28,599 nucleotides of DNA from a virus (IMGVR_UViG_3300020042_004305:1-28599); one strand, 5' to 3'; shown: positions 7,865 through 17,087, counted from the first letter of the stretch. The notes: generated by a model from the sequence alone, not told the origin. Program-made: numbers and translations.

Positions 7865-8092
7865 ATGAACAAAAACCTTCAAACCCTAAACAGATTGCAA
7901 CGCATGTTCGACATGACCATGTTCTATTCAATCAGCGTATCGCCTTATCGCATTTGCCTACAAGGTGAATTAAACAAATGCAACATTGTCAAAATCAAAT
8001 CTATTGACAAACGTAACCGATTTCAACATGATGTCAGTGGTATTGGTGCAGTTGAATTTACTTATGCTAACGTAATAATTACATTGTTATGA
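7865..8092 (+). CDS. Hypothetical protein, 75 aa
   Basis: ATG follows an A-rich leader; ATGA-coupled to the radC-like gene. Confidence 0.7.
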   Translation: MNKNLQTLNRLQRMFDMTMFYSISVSPYRICLQGELNKCNIVKIKSIDKRNRFQHDVSGIGAVEFTYANVIITLL

Positions 8093-8535
8093 GCAAGTCA
8101 TTTATGGTAGGTGAGGTAAAATTAACTTACCACCGCACGGAAGAATTCAAAGGTCAAATTCGTAATAGTACAAATGCAGTTGATTTGTTACGCGAATTGT
8201 TTGATAAAGATATCATTGAACACCACGAGGAATTTTGGGTATTGTTTCTTAACAGAGCCAACAAAGTAATTGGATTTCAGCAATTGTCAGTAGGAGGATT
8301 AAACGGATGTGTAGTAGATGTAAGACATTTATTTCAAGCGGCGTTACTTAGCAATGCTTGTGGTTTAATTGTTTGTCACAATCACCCAAGTGGTAACACC
8401 CAAGCCAGTGAAGCAGATATTGACATTACCAAAAAAATTAGGCAATGTGGTGACCTTATGGATATTAAATTATTAGACCATGTTATTCTGACTTCTGATA
8501 GTCACAAATCTTTAGCCGAGGAGGGTTTAATCTAA
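8089..8535 (+). CDS. radC: RadC-like JAB/MPN domain protein
   Basis: EEFWVLFLNRANKVIG, CHNHPSGNTQASEAD and LLDHVIL. Confidence 0.93.
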   Translation: MSKSFMVGEVKLTYHRTEEFKGQIRNSTNAVDLLRELFDKDIIEHHEEFWVLFLNRANKVIGFQQLSVGGLNGCVVDVRHLFQAALLSNACGLIVCHNHPSGNTQASEADIDITKKIRQCGDLMDIKLLDHVILTSDSHKSLAEEGLI

Positions 8536-8684
8536 TGTTTAATTTTTATCCCGAAGACAACAGACAAATTGAAGATTGGGAAATTTTTGATGATTGTCGA
8601 TCTAATTTTATCCGAGAATGTGAAGATGATGAAAATCTTTTGTATTACGACAACGAAAGTGATTATGAACATTATAAATTTTAG
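8535..8684 (+). CDS. Highly acidic 49-aa protein, absent from the ORF track
   Basis: TAATG-coupled to the radC stop. MFNFYPEDNRQIEDWEIFDDCRSNFIRECEDDENLLYYDNESDYEHYKF has 16 D/E versus 4 K/R. Confidence 0.65.
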   Translation: MFNFYPEDNRQIEDWEIFDDCRSNFIRECEDDENLLYYDNESDYEHYKF

Positions 8685-9414
8685 CGGGGGCAGAACATCC
8701 GCGTACATGACCAAACGATTGATTGATGAAGGCGGTCAATACTTGGTTACTTTTCAGAACACTGGCAAGGAAATGCCACAAACACTTGAATTCATAAATG
8801 AGTGTAATAAGCGTTGGAATCTAAACATTGTGTGGTTGGAGTATCGATATGGCAATAATTTTGAGGTTGTAACATACGAAACCGCATCCCGCAATGGCCG
8901 ACCATTTGACGAAATGATTGCACACAATAAATGTTTGCCAAATACAATGATGCGATTTTGCACTAAGGAAATGAAGATTAACACTTTGAAACGATGGTGC
9001 AAATCAGTTGGAATAACAGAGTGGAATCATTTTGTTGGTATTAGGTATGACGAACCAAGGAGGTGGAGTAAAACATCATCATTCCCCGAGTATATGAGCG
9101 TAGAACATCCGTTGGTTAAGTGGAAAACAACTAAGCCAGATGTATTGAGTTGGTGGAAACAACAACCATTTGATTTGATGGTGAATGAACCATACGGAAA
9201 TTGTGATGGGTGTTTTTTGAAAGGCAAAGGCAAGTTGTCAATTATTGCCAAAGAAAAACCCGAATTATTTGATTGGTGGATCAAACACGAAACCGAATCG
9301 GGTAACACATTCAAAAAAGAAATCAGTTACCAACAAATTAAAGACAAGGCACAATCGCAACTTGGCTTGTGGGATGATGACCCATCGTTTGAGTGTTTCT
9401 GCAATGTAGATTAG
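8665..9414 (+). CDS. PAPS-reductase/PP-loop family protein, probably Fe-S binding
   Basis: INFSGGRTS PP-loop, FQNTGKE, RFCTKEMKI, GIRYDEPRR, GNCDGCF and terminal CFC. Start reassigned to ATG 8665. Confidence 0.88.
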   Translation: MNIINFSGGRTSAYMTKRLIDEGGQYLVTFQNTGKEMPQTLEFINECNKRWNLNIVWLEYRYGNNFEVVTYETASRNGRPFDEMIAHNKCLPNTMMRFCTKEMKINTLKRWCKSVGITEWNHFVGIRYDEPRRWSKTSSFPEYMSVEHPLVKWKTTKPDVLSWWKQQPFDLMVNEPYGNCDGCFLKGKGKLSIIAKEKPELFDWWIKHETESGNTFKKEISYQQIKDKAQSQLGLWDDDPSFECFCNVD

Positions 9415-9423
9415 GGGGTTAAC

Positions 9424-9454
9424 AACAAACCCCGATTTAGTCGTTTTATAATAG
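9424..9454 (+). promoter_or_regulatory. Putative late promoter 1 (AACA-N14-CGTTTT)
   Basis: AACA 9424-9427, CGTTTT 9442-9447, ATG 9455. Confidence 0.75.
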
Positions 9455-10201
9455 ATGATTGAAACGAAAACCATATTAGTACCCACATCACTTAAAGATG
9501 TAAAGTTGCATCAAATGTTGGCTTACCAAGGTCTCAAAGATGACATGGATGATACTCAACGTCAGTTGGAAGCGGTATCCATTTTTTGTGAATTAACAAT
9601 GACCGAAATTATGGCCATGCCCTTTGATGTTTTAACTAAGGCAGTAGATAGTATCACATTGATGTTAACCCAATCCCCGACCTTCACACCAAGAATTAAA
9701 ATTGATGGTGTGGAATACGGATTTATTCCAAACTTGGATGATATGTCAGTGGGTGAGTTTATAGATATAGAAACATACTCAAAAGAAACGCATGATTTGT
9801 GGAGAGTTATGAGTATTTTGTATAGGCCTATCACTATTTCTGGACAAAACAAAAGATATGAAATAGAACCTTACAATGCCAACCTTGTTAGTTCATTTAA
9901 GGATTTAGATTGCAACACCGCATTCGGGGCCATGGTTTTTTTTTGGAGTTTAGGAATCGACTTGTTGAATTCTATCCAGAAGTATTTGGAGGGGCCGATG
10001 GGTCAGCAGATGAAAACCGCCTTACCAAAAAATGGGGATGGTTTGGAATGGTCTATCGACTCGCTTCAAGAAATTTCTTACGCTTGGAAGATGTCTATAC
10101 AAAAACCATTCACACCGCTTTGTACTGGACGGCTTACGAAAGCGACATTTCGGAAATGGAACAAAAGATTATTAAGCAAAGTTACAAGCGATGAACAATA
10201 A
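9455..10201 (+). CDS. Putative tail assembly chaperone, 0-frame product (248 aa)
   Basis: First gene of the tail block. Contains YGFIPNLDDMSVGEFIDIE and a T9 slippery run at 9936-9944. Confidence 0.65.
   Translation: MIETKTILVPTSLKDVKLHQMLAYQGLKDDMDDTQRQLEAVSIFCELTMTEIMAMPFDVLTKAVDSITLMLTQSPTFTPRIKIDGVEYGFIPNLDDMSVGEFIDIETYSKETHDLWRVMSILYRPITISGQNKRYEIEPYNANLVSSFKDLDCNTAFGAMVFFWSLGIDLLNSIQKYLEGPMGQQMKTALPKNGDGLEWSIDSLQEISYAWKMSIQKPFTPLCTGRLTKATFRKWNKRLLSKVTSDEQ
9937..10194 (+). CDS. -1 frameshift extension of the putative tail chaperone (fusion about 246 aa)
   Basis: Heptamer T_TTT_TTT at 9937-9943. The -1 frame reads LEFRNRLVEFYPEVFG...KWGWFGMVYRLA..., and its TGA overlaps the next ATG at 10191. 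Confidence 0.75.
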   Translation, partial: FFLEFRNRLVEFYPEVFGGADGSADENRLTKKWGWFGMVYRLASRNFLRLEDVYTKTIHTALYWTAYESDISEMEQKIIKQSYKR

Positions 10202-10682
10202 CCACATAGGAACTGCATTCAAGGTATTTAAAGACATCGCTACCGATGAGGGATGGAATTATAGCCACGGAACATTAACGGAGTTAGATTTCAAGGCGTT
10301 TACGGTATTCCCGTTGATGCATTGTTCCATTCAATCTGTATCGTTGACAGACCAAATTGCATCCATACAAATGAACATCATGATTGCGGATCGTGTGAAC
10401 TTTTTGAAAGGAGAAAACGGGCAATTAAACTTGATTACGGTTTACGACCAATACGGATACACCGAGAATGAAAACTATGGCCACGTTTTACAAGAAATGT
10501 ATGTTCAAATGTCAAAAGGATTATGGAAGTTAGAACAAGATTATTTTAGTCAAATCCAATTTCAAAGGCCCATATTGTTTAATCCATTTATAGAAACAAT
10601 GGATAGTGTATTGGCTGGATATCAGATAAGTGTCACGATTGATTTAATTAACCCTTGGGTTACCGATGGCGATTGCGTTTAA
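10191..10682 (+). CDS. Putative tail terminator/completion protein
   Basis: 163 aa; position in the tail block and FPLMH...AGYQISVTI pattern. Confidence 0.5.
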   Translation: MNNNHIGTAFKVFKDIATDEGWNYSHGTLTELDFKAFTVFPLMHCSIQSVSLTDQIASIQMNIMIADRVNFLKGENGQLNLITVYDQYGYTENENYGHVLQEMYVQMSKGLWKLEQDYFSQIQFQRPILFNPFIETMDSVLAGYQISVTIDLINPWVTDGDCV

Positions 10683-11217
10683 AAATAGCATGGCCATTGT
10701 GGCTGATTATTCCAAGCAATGGGCAATGGCTTGTCGCACTATGTTGGAAGTTAAAAGACCAAGGACATCTATTCGTGCTAAGTGGAAAAAAGTAGGTGGT
10801 GGTTGGCAAGTTATCAGTGCAACCAAAAAAACATTCCGTGGAAACTATGTTTCAAGTGGTCAATTGGTGTCATCTATTAAGGGATTTCCTAATGGATTGG
10901 ACTTAGGTATTACCATGAATCAAACTGGTCAATACGTTCAAAGTGGAAGAAAACCAGGCAAGGGTATTCCACTTGATGCAATGCGTAATTGGATAAAGAT
11001 GAAAGGTATTCAACCACGCGACTTGTCAACTGGAAAATACAAATCCAAATCCAACATTGATACGATGATGTATATGATGAACCGAAAAATCAAGTATTTT
11101 GGTATTGAGCCATTTCCATTTGTAACTGAAGCAAGGCAACAAATTTTACCATCGTTTAATAAGGCGTTTACACAAGCGATGCAACAAGATATTAAAAAAG
11201 GACTATTCAACAAATGA
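10666..11217 (+). CDS. Putative neck/tail completion protein, basic
   Basis: SGQLVSSI, YVQSGRKPGK and GIEPFPF resemble HK97 gp10-like/virion morphogenesis proteins. Confidence 0.5.
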   Translation: MAIAFKNSMAIVADYSKQWAMACRTMLEVKRPRTSIRAKWKKVGGGWQVISATKKTFRGNYVSSGQLVSSIKGFPNGLDLGITMNQTGQYVQSGRKPGKGIPLDAMRNWIKMKGIQPRDLSTGKYKSKSNIDTMMYMMNRKIKYFGIEPFPFVTEARQQILPSFNKAFTQAMQQDIKKGLFNK

Positions 11218-12320
11218 ACTTCACGGAACAACCAGATAGTATAGTGGGATGCAATTCCCCTATTATTTACCAAGGGTATGACGGCAATTATGCAGTCACG
11301 GGATTCTATTATGAATTTAAGGTTTATGTATGGAGTGGAACGGCAACATTACCCGCAACCCCCATTGTAACTATTAACAGATTACCCGACCAATTTGGTG
11401 GAGGAAGGGGATGGATTGATGTTCACAAGATTGTAAGTCAATATGTAAAAAGGGATTATTTCTTAACGGGTACATACAAACCCAATATCGGGGATGGTGC
11501 AATGCGAGTAGTGGTAACTTGCCAAGGATTCTATTCAAGTACATCAACGGCATTAATCACTTCTAACACGATATTGGCCACAAGTGGATACACATACACA
11601 CAAGATGGATTTAATGTCGGCTACGGTGCTAAATATGTCTATACTGACAAATCACAAGTGACATTAACAACCGACACACCCCAAGCGTATTTATGGTATG
11701 ATGCAAGTGTGATTACATCCATCACTTGTGGAAGTGCAACTGTGACCCCGAATGCAATTACAACTCAATCGCAGTTAATTCAAGGCATTGAAATTAAACA
11801 ACTAATGACGGCGGGTGGGGTATGGGGTACAAACGCCAATATCACATTTGTAAAAGCGGGGGATGATGTAGTGATGCCAGTGGTATTTGATTGTCAAAAC
11901 AAGTATGGTCAACAAGATGCGTTATACCTAAACAAATACGGAGTTTATGATTCCTATTTGTTTAACGCATTGAGCCGTGACAATTACGGGATTGAAAAAG
12001 AAACATACTCACAACCGATTTTCAAACAATCAGATTTAAGTCAAGATTGGAGTTATGGTGTAGGTATCACCACATCGTATTTGGTAAACTCAAAATTAAC
12101 CATGATGGTGAACACGGATTGGATCAACGAAGCAGATATTGATGCATTGGAACAAGTGTTTTATTCAAACAACATTTTAATGTTGGATGGTAACATCGTG
12201 TTGGCTTCACGGGTGGTTGATTCAGCATTTGAAAAGAAAAAGGTATTAAACGAATATTTGATTCAGTACACCATACAATTTGAATACAGTCAACCCAAGA
12301 TTAACAAGATTGTACGATAA
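11214..12320 (+). CDS. Virion structural protein, putative distal tail/baseplate component
   Basis: 368 aa, beta-rich, YLNKYGVYDSYLF motif; coupled to both neighbours. Confidence 0.55.
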   Translation: MNFTEQPDSIVGCNSPIIYQGYDGNYAVTGFYYEFKVYVWSGTATLPATPIVTINRLPDQFGGGRGWIDVHKIVSQYVKRDYFLTGTYKPNIGDGAMRVVVTCQGFYSSTSTALITSNTILATSGYTYTQDGFNVGYGAKYVYTDKSQVTLTTDTPQAYLWYDASVITSITCGSATVTPNAITTQSQLIQGIEIKQLMTAGGVWGTNANITFVKAGDDVVMPVVFDCQNKYGQQDALYLNKYGVYDSYLFNALSRDNYGIEKETYSQPIFKQSDLSQDWSYGVGITTSYLVNSKLTMMVNTDWINEADIDALEQVFYSNNILMLDGNIVLASRVVDSAFEKKKVLNEYLIQYTIQFEYSQPKINKIVR

Positions 12321-15127
12321 TGGAGTTAAGATTTTCATTAACCATTGACAACGGAGTTGAAGATACCATCACTCCAATAATGACTGCGTTAGCAACAAGG
12401 GCTGTTGGTGGTTTTACCGAAGCACAAGATTGTTGTATTGAAAAGTTAATGGCATTGGGCGGTGCTTTCAATGAGTTATTGCCAGTAGATTTATTCAAAG
12501 ATGAAAGTGTTGAATTAAATAGGCAGTTAAAAGATTTACAAGATTTGTCCACAGTTTGGACAGATTACACACAGAATTTCCAAATCCCCGCCTCGGAAAC
12601 CAACAACCAAATCTTTGCTGATTGGTTTGATGAGAATGTGGTATTGGGAGGATGGAATCCAAATGTTGGTAAAAATGCCACGCTTTATATTCATTCGTTA
12701 CCCGTTTACAATGGGCGTGTGGAGTTTATCGGGTGTAAGTTCAAAGATGGAATCCCGCAATTATACAACATTGTATTTTATGGAACTACCAAAAAGATAT
12801 TGGATGTATGGGGTGAGGATTTAATGAATGAGGATATGTGGAGTGCTTATGACCACACGGCTAATTATACAAACATTTTGGCATCGTGGAATCAAACATT
12901 AGTCAATGGTGACATATTGTGGCCCATCGCAGATTACAATCAAAATTGGAGGTATTCAACTGCATCTGGGATCAATGGAAACATACGGAATCCAAATGGA
13001 GTAGAAGTAGATGATTTACGCCCCGCAATAAGATTAAGGGCAATGTTGACAACGGTATTTGCGTATGCGGGATACACATTGAGTGGTTCGTTTTTGACAA
13101 GACCCGAAATGGATGATGCGTATATTTTACCAATGCAAACGGCTGGACCATTGTATGACCCAGAATATGTAGCAAGTGGATTGGCAACGGCTTATGTAAG
13201 TGCGTTTACTTATACACAATTTACAGTTGCGACCTTGAATTATAAGACTATTATATTTCCAACAGTTGCAACAAACCCATCGGGGAACTATAATTTGGCA
13301 TCGGGTATTTATACTGCTAATCGTAAAGGTAATTATAGTTTTGAAATGTCGTTTTATGTGCAATTCAATTCACCCGTGGCGGGGCAAGTTATCACATTTG
13401 TAGTGATGTTAAATGGCCGAGTGATGAAAAGTCGCACCATTACAACAAATGTTAATACCTTTATTTCACCCGCTTATCTCAATTTTGATTATATGTTGAC
13501 AAGTGGTGACGAGGTATCGTATGGATATAGAACAATGACTGCAAATGTTTCAACACCATTTACCATGTCATTTGAATGTACTGTTGCACCGCAAGGAATT
13601 AACGGAAACACAATTGATATGAAGGATGCTATGCCACAAACCAAAATTAAGGACTTTGTGAATGGTGTTATTAAAGCATACAATTGTATTTTGATTCCGA
13701 CAAGTTCAAACACAATTGAAATACACAATTTACAAGATTGGTATGCCTTGGGAACTACAAAGAATTGGTCACCATTTATAGACATTAAGGATATAGAACA
13801 CGACAAGTTGCCCATCCCAAAGGTGATATCAATGACCCACAAGGAATCGGAGTGTTTGGCAAGTGAGTATTACAGAAACATCAATCGAAGGGAATATGGA
13901 TCAATTGAATTTTCACCCGTAATTGATTACCCAACGGATGAATTTAAGTTGGAAACCCCGTTTAATGTGATATGCCCCCAAACATTGGAGGAAACAAATG
14001 CCAACAATCAAAAAGTAAGGTCAACGGAATTAAACATTCCAAGATTTATGGATAAGGATAACAAGGCGGTTCAACAAGATTTGACCTTGTTTTATTATGG
14101 TGGATTGCAATCAATTAGTGATCCGTATTATTTCAACAATAATGGTACGCCAGTTAACCAATATGTGTTACCATTAATGACATCGTATTCGGCATATCCA
14201 ACAATTACATCAAGTTATTCAATGGCTTTTGGATTGGAGTATTCTGTGCGTGGTGATGCCCCCGTAAATTCATTGTATAACATGTATTGGATTGAATACC
14301 TATCCCGTATGTATTCTACGCAGTCAAGGTTGGTTAAAATGACTGGAATCATACCCGTTGGAGAATGGTTGAACTTTGAACTGAACGATACCATAGCAAT
14401 TAGTGGTAATTACTACAAAGTGCAGTCGGTAAAATATGATATGTTAACCGAGATTGCAAACCTTGAATTGATTACATACCCAGATGTTGATATCATGTCG
14501 TTTACAACCACTGGGCAAAAACCCGATTTTACAGATGTGGTGGTCAATGTTAACGGCAAATCATACCTACAAGATTATGTTGTTGCAAAGGGTATAATGA
14601 ACTCGTATCGTTTTGGAACACAAGATTATTTGAATAGCAACCAAGACACGACATTCAACCAAAATAGTGTCAGTGACTTGGCCCAACAAGTGGATAGCTT
14701 ACAAGCGATTGTACAATTTAACCAAATCACAATGTATCGCAGTTCATTGAGTGGCCCGTTAACTACGGATGCAACAATATGGTTAAACATCCCATTGGAA
14801 AGCCAAGTATCAATCGGTTATGTACAAAACATCACGGCAACTTTGTCACCATCTAAATACATTTGTACAGATGGGGGTCAATACAAGTTTACTGCAATGG
14901 TGGAAATTGAACAATCGGGAAACCATCATAGCACGGTGGCAATTTTGGTAAACGGGATTCAAACAACGGGGTATGGGGCTATCGCTTCGGATTATGGTAT
15001 AGTAAATTTTAGTACCATCTTAGATTTATCAACAACTGATGAAGTGACATTGGCATGGAAACCAAGAACGGGAGGAAGTCGCACAATTTATGTAACCAAC
15101 GCAAACTTTTTAATATTGAAAAAATGA
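12320..15127 (+). CDS. Large tail tip protein with two C1q/TNF-like segments
   Basis: 935 aa. N-terminal DLFKDESV...YTQNFQIPASETNNQIF. C1q-like GIYTA..KGNYSF and YICTDGGQYKF...ILDLSTTDEV. Confidence 0.7.
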   Translation: MELRFSLTIDNGVEDTITPIMTALATRAVGGFTEAQDCCIEKLMALGGAFNELLPVDLFKDESVELNRQLKDLQDLSTVWTDYTQNFQIPASETNNQIFADWFDENVVLGGWNPNVGKNATLYIHSLPVYNGRVEFIGCKFKDGIPQLYNIVFYGTTKKILDVWGEDLMNEDMWSAYDHTANYTNILASWNQTLVNGDILWPIADYNQNWRYSTASGINGNIRNPNGVEVDDLRPAIRLRAMLTTVFAYAGYTLSGSFLTRPEMDDAYILPMQTAGPLYDPEYVASGLATAYVSAFTYTQFTVATLNYKTIIFPTVATNPSGNYNLASGIYTANRKGNYSFEMSFYVQFNSPVAGQVITFVVMLNGRVMKSRTITTNVNTFISPAYLNFDYMLTSGDEVSYGYRTMTANVSTPFTMSFECTVAPQGINGNTIDMKDAMPQTKIKDFVNGVIKAYNCILIPTSSNTIEIHNLQDWYALGTTKNWSPFIDIKDIEHDKLPIPKVISMTHKESECLASEYYRNINRREYGSIEFSPVIDYPTDEFKLETPFNVICPQTLEETNANNQKVRSTELNIPRFMDKDNKAVQQDLTLFYYGGLQSISDPYYFNNNGTPVNQYVLPLMTSYSAYPTITSSYSMAFGLEYSVRGDAPVNSLYNMYWIEYLSRMYSTQSRLVKMTGIIPVGEWLNFELNDTIAISGNYYKVQSVKYDMLTEIANLELITYPDVDIMSFTTTGQKPDFTDVVVNVNGKSYLQDYVVAKGIMNSYRFGTQDYLNSNQDTTFNQNSVSDLAQQVDSLQAIVQFNQITMYRSSLSGPLTTDATIWLNIPLESQVSIGYVQNITATLSPSKYICTDGGQYKFTAMVEIEQSGNHHSTVAILVNGIQTTGYGAIASDYGIVNFSTILDLSTTDEVTLAWKPRTGGSRTIYVTNANFLILKK

Positions 15128-15279
15128 TATTACTCATTATAAAATTAGCACAAGCCCAAGAATGGTATGGGGTATCTGATACGGTAGAAATTGCCAAAGG
15201 AAAAAACCAATACGCACAAACTTGGAAGCAAGTATGGAAAGTATATAAAAGAAAATTAAAATCATGGCCGAGCAAATAA
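15124..15279 (+). CDS. Small hypothetical protein, 51 aa
   Basis: ATGA-coupled start at 15124; MILLIIKLAQAQEWYGVSDTVEIAKGK... Confidence 0.65.
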   Translation: MILLIIKLAQAQEWYGVSDTVEIAKGKNQYAQTWKQVWKVYKRKLKSWPSK

Positions 15280-17087
15280 ATTATAATGTCAATATTAATA
15301 CCAAGGATGCAGTCCAAAATGTAGACAATCTAAATGCAAGTTTAGAAGGTGTTGGAACAACTGCCCAAAAGGCAAGTGGAATTGGTGAAAAGTTAGCGGG
15401 TATCAAAGGCCCCGTTGGTCAAGCAGTTCAAGCCGTACAAGGATTTGGAAAATCATTAATGGTATTGGCAGCAAATCCCGTGATGTTGACCATTACTGCG
15501 ATCACGGCAGCGTTAGGATTATTGTATAAGGCATTTACATCCACAGATGAAGGAGGTGAAAAGGTAGACCAACTTATGGCTGGATTAAGTGCGGTTATGA
15601 ATGTATTTAGGGATGTATTGGTCAAGGTGGCAAATATATTAATAGGCATATTTACAGACCCGCAAAAGGCCTTAAACGAGTTTGCTACGATGTTAAAAGA
15701 AAACATCATTAATCGTTTTGAAGGGTTATTGGAATTGTTGCCACAATTAGGCAAAGCAATTGGTTTATTATTTTCTGGTGAATTTTCGGAAGCGGGAAAG
15801 GTTGCCACCAACGCAGTTGCTAAAGTGGCTTTGGGAGTAGAAGATATGACTGGCAAATTGGATGCGGCGGGAAAGGCAATTGGTAAAGTAATGGATGAAG
15901 CCCAACGGGAGGCACAGATTGCAGCAAACATTGAAAAACAATTTGCTAAAATACAAGATGCAGAAAGGGCATTAGGAGTAGAAAGGGCTAAACAAAATAA
16001 GGAATTAGCGGCGGCCAGATTAATGATGGAAGATGAAAATGCCACATTAGAGGAAAGAATTAAAGCATTAAAACAAGTTGGTACTGCGGAAGATGCTTTG
16101 TTGGCCAAAGAAATGAAAATTGCCAAACAAAAATTGGCTTTGATTAATCAACGAAATGCACTTAGTGATATTAGTGATGAAATGGCTCAAGAATCTGCAG
16201 ATGCACAATCTAAAGTTTATGAGTTGGAAGCCCAATCTATTTTGCGTAAACGCAAATTGACTAAATCAATTGATGCATTAAATAAGGAAGACGAGGCCAA
16301 AAGGAAACAAGAATTAAAAGACCAATTAGATGCGTCCAAAGCGGCAATTGAGGCAGAACTTGCATTTAAACAACGAGCAGCGGATGGTGAGGAAAAATTT
16401 ATTAATGAGCAATATGCTAAAGAGCAGTTGCGTATTACTAAAACCATTAGTGATGAAAAAGAAAAGCAAAAAGCATTAGAGAAATTAGAGTTGGATCGTT
16501 TGGCAAATATGATTCAAGCCAAAAGAGATGCTGGACAATCAACTACTGATTTGGAATTGCAGTTAGCACAGAAAGAGATTGCAATCAAAAAAGAAACTGC
16601 TGATGCTACTAAAAAGATAGATGATGCAAAACACGCAAATTCGGTGGCATTGTTGGATGCAACTGGGGCGGCCTTATCAACTTTCTCGCAATTAGTAGGT
16701 GAACAAACTGCAATGGGAAAAACATTGGCGGTTGCAAGTGCAATTATTTCTACTTATTCGGGTGCAAACAAGGCATTGGAAGCGGGAGCAGCAACACCGC
16801 CATTAGGATATATTAACGCGGCAGCAATTATTGCAACTGGTTTAATGAATGTTAAAAAAATCTTATCTGTAAAAGTACCAAATGCATCAGATTCTGGGCA
16901 ATCAGCACCAAGCATGGGGCCAAGTGTGTCTATTATTGGAGGAACGGTTGACCCATCAGCACAAATGTCTGCAAGTTTGAACAAAAGTTTAAACAAACCC
17001 GCAAAGGCTTATGTAGTTGGTAACGATATGAGTTCACAACAAGCACTTGATAGAAGGATACAGACAAATGCAACATTCCCTGGTTAA
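15264..17087 (+). CDS. Tail tape measure protein
   Basis: 607 aa, Ala/Lys/Glu-rich coiled coil with hydrophobic segments; C-terminal KAYVVGNDMSSQQ. Confidence 0.8.
   Translation: MAEQINYNVNINTKDAVQNVDNLNASLEGVGTTAQKASGIGEKLAGIKGPVGQAVQAVQGFGKSLMVLAANPVMLTITAITAALGLLYKAFTSTDEGGEKVDQLMAGLSAVMNVFRDVLVKVANILIGIFTDPQKALNEFATMLKENIINRFEGLLELLPQLGKAIGLLFSGEFSEAGKVATNAVAKVALGVEDMTGKLDAAGKAIGKVMDEAQREAQIAANIEKQFAKIQDAERALGVERAKQNKELAAARLMMEDENATLEERIKALKQVGTAEDALLAKEMKIAKQKLALINQRNALSDISDEMAQESADAQSKVYELEAQSILRKRKLTKSIDALNKEDEAKRKQELKDQLDASKAAIEAELAFKQRAADGEEKFINEQYAKEQLRITKTISDEKEKQKALEKLELDRLANMIQAKRDAGQSTTDLELQLAQKEIAIKKETADATKKIDDAKHANSVALLDATGAALSTFSQLVGEQTAMGKTLAVASAIISTYSGANKALEAGAATPPLGYINAAAIIATGLMNVKKILSVKVPNASDSGQSAPSMGPSVSIIGGTVDPSAQMSASLNKSLNKPAKAYVVGNDMSSQQALDRRIQTNATFPG

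Noticed and set aside
8569-8664. N-terminal extension of the PAPS-reductase-like ORF
   Set aside because: The PP-loop normally sits a few residues from the N-terminus, and the region is better explained by the 8535..8684 ORF.
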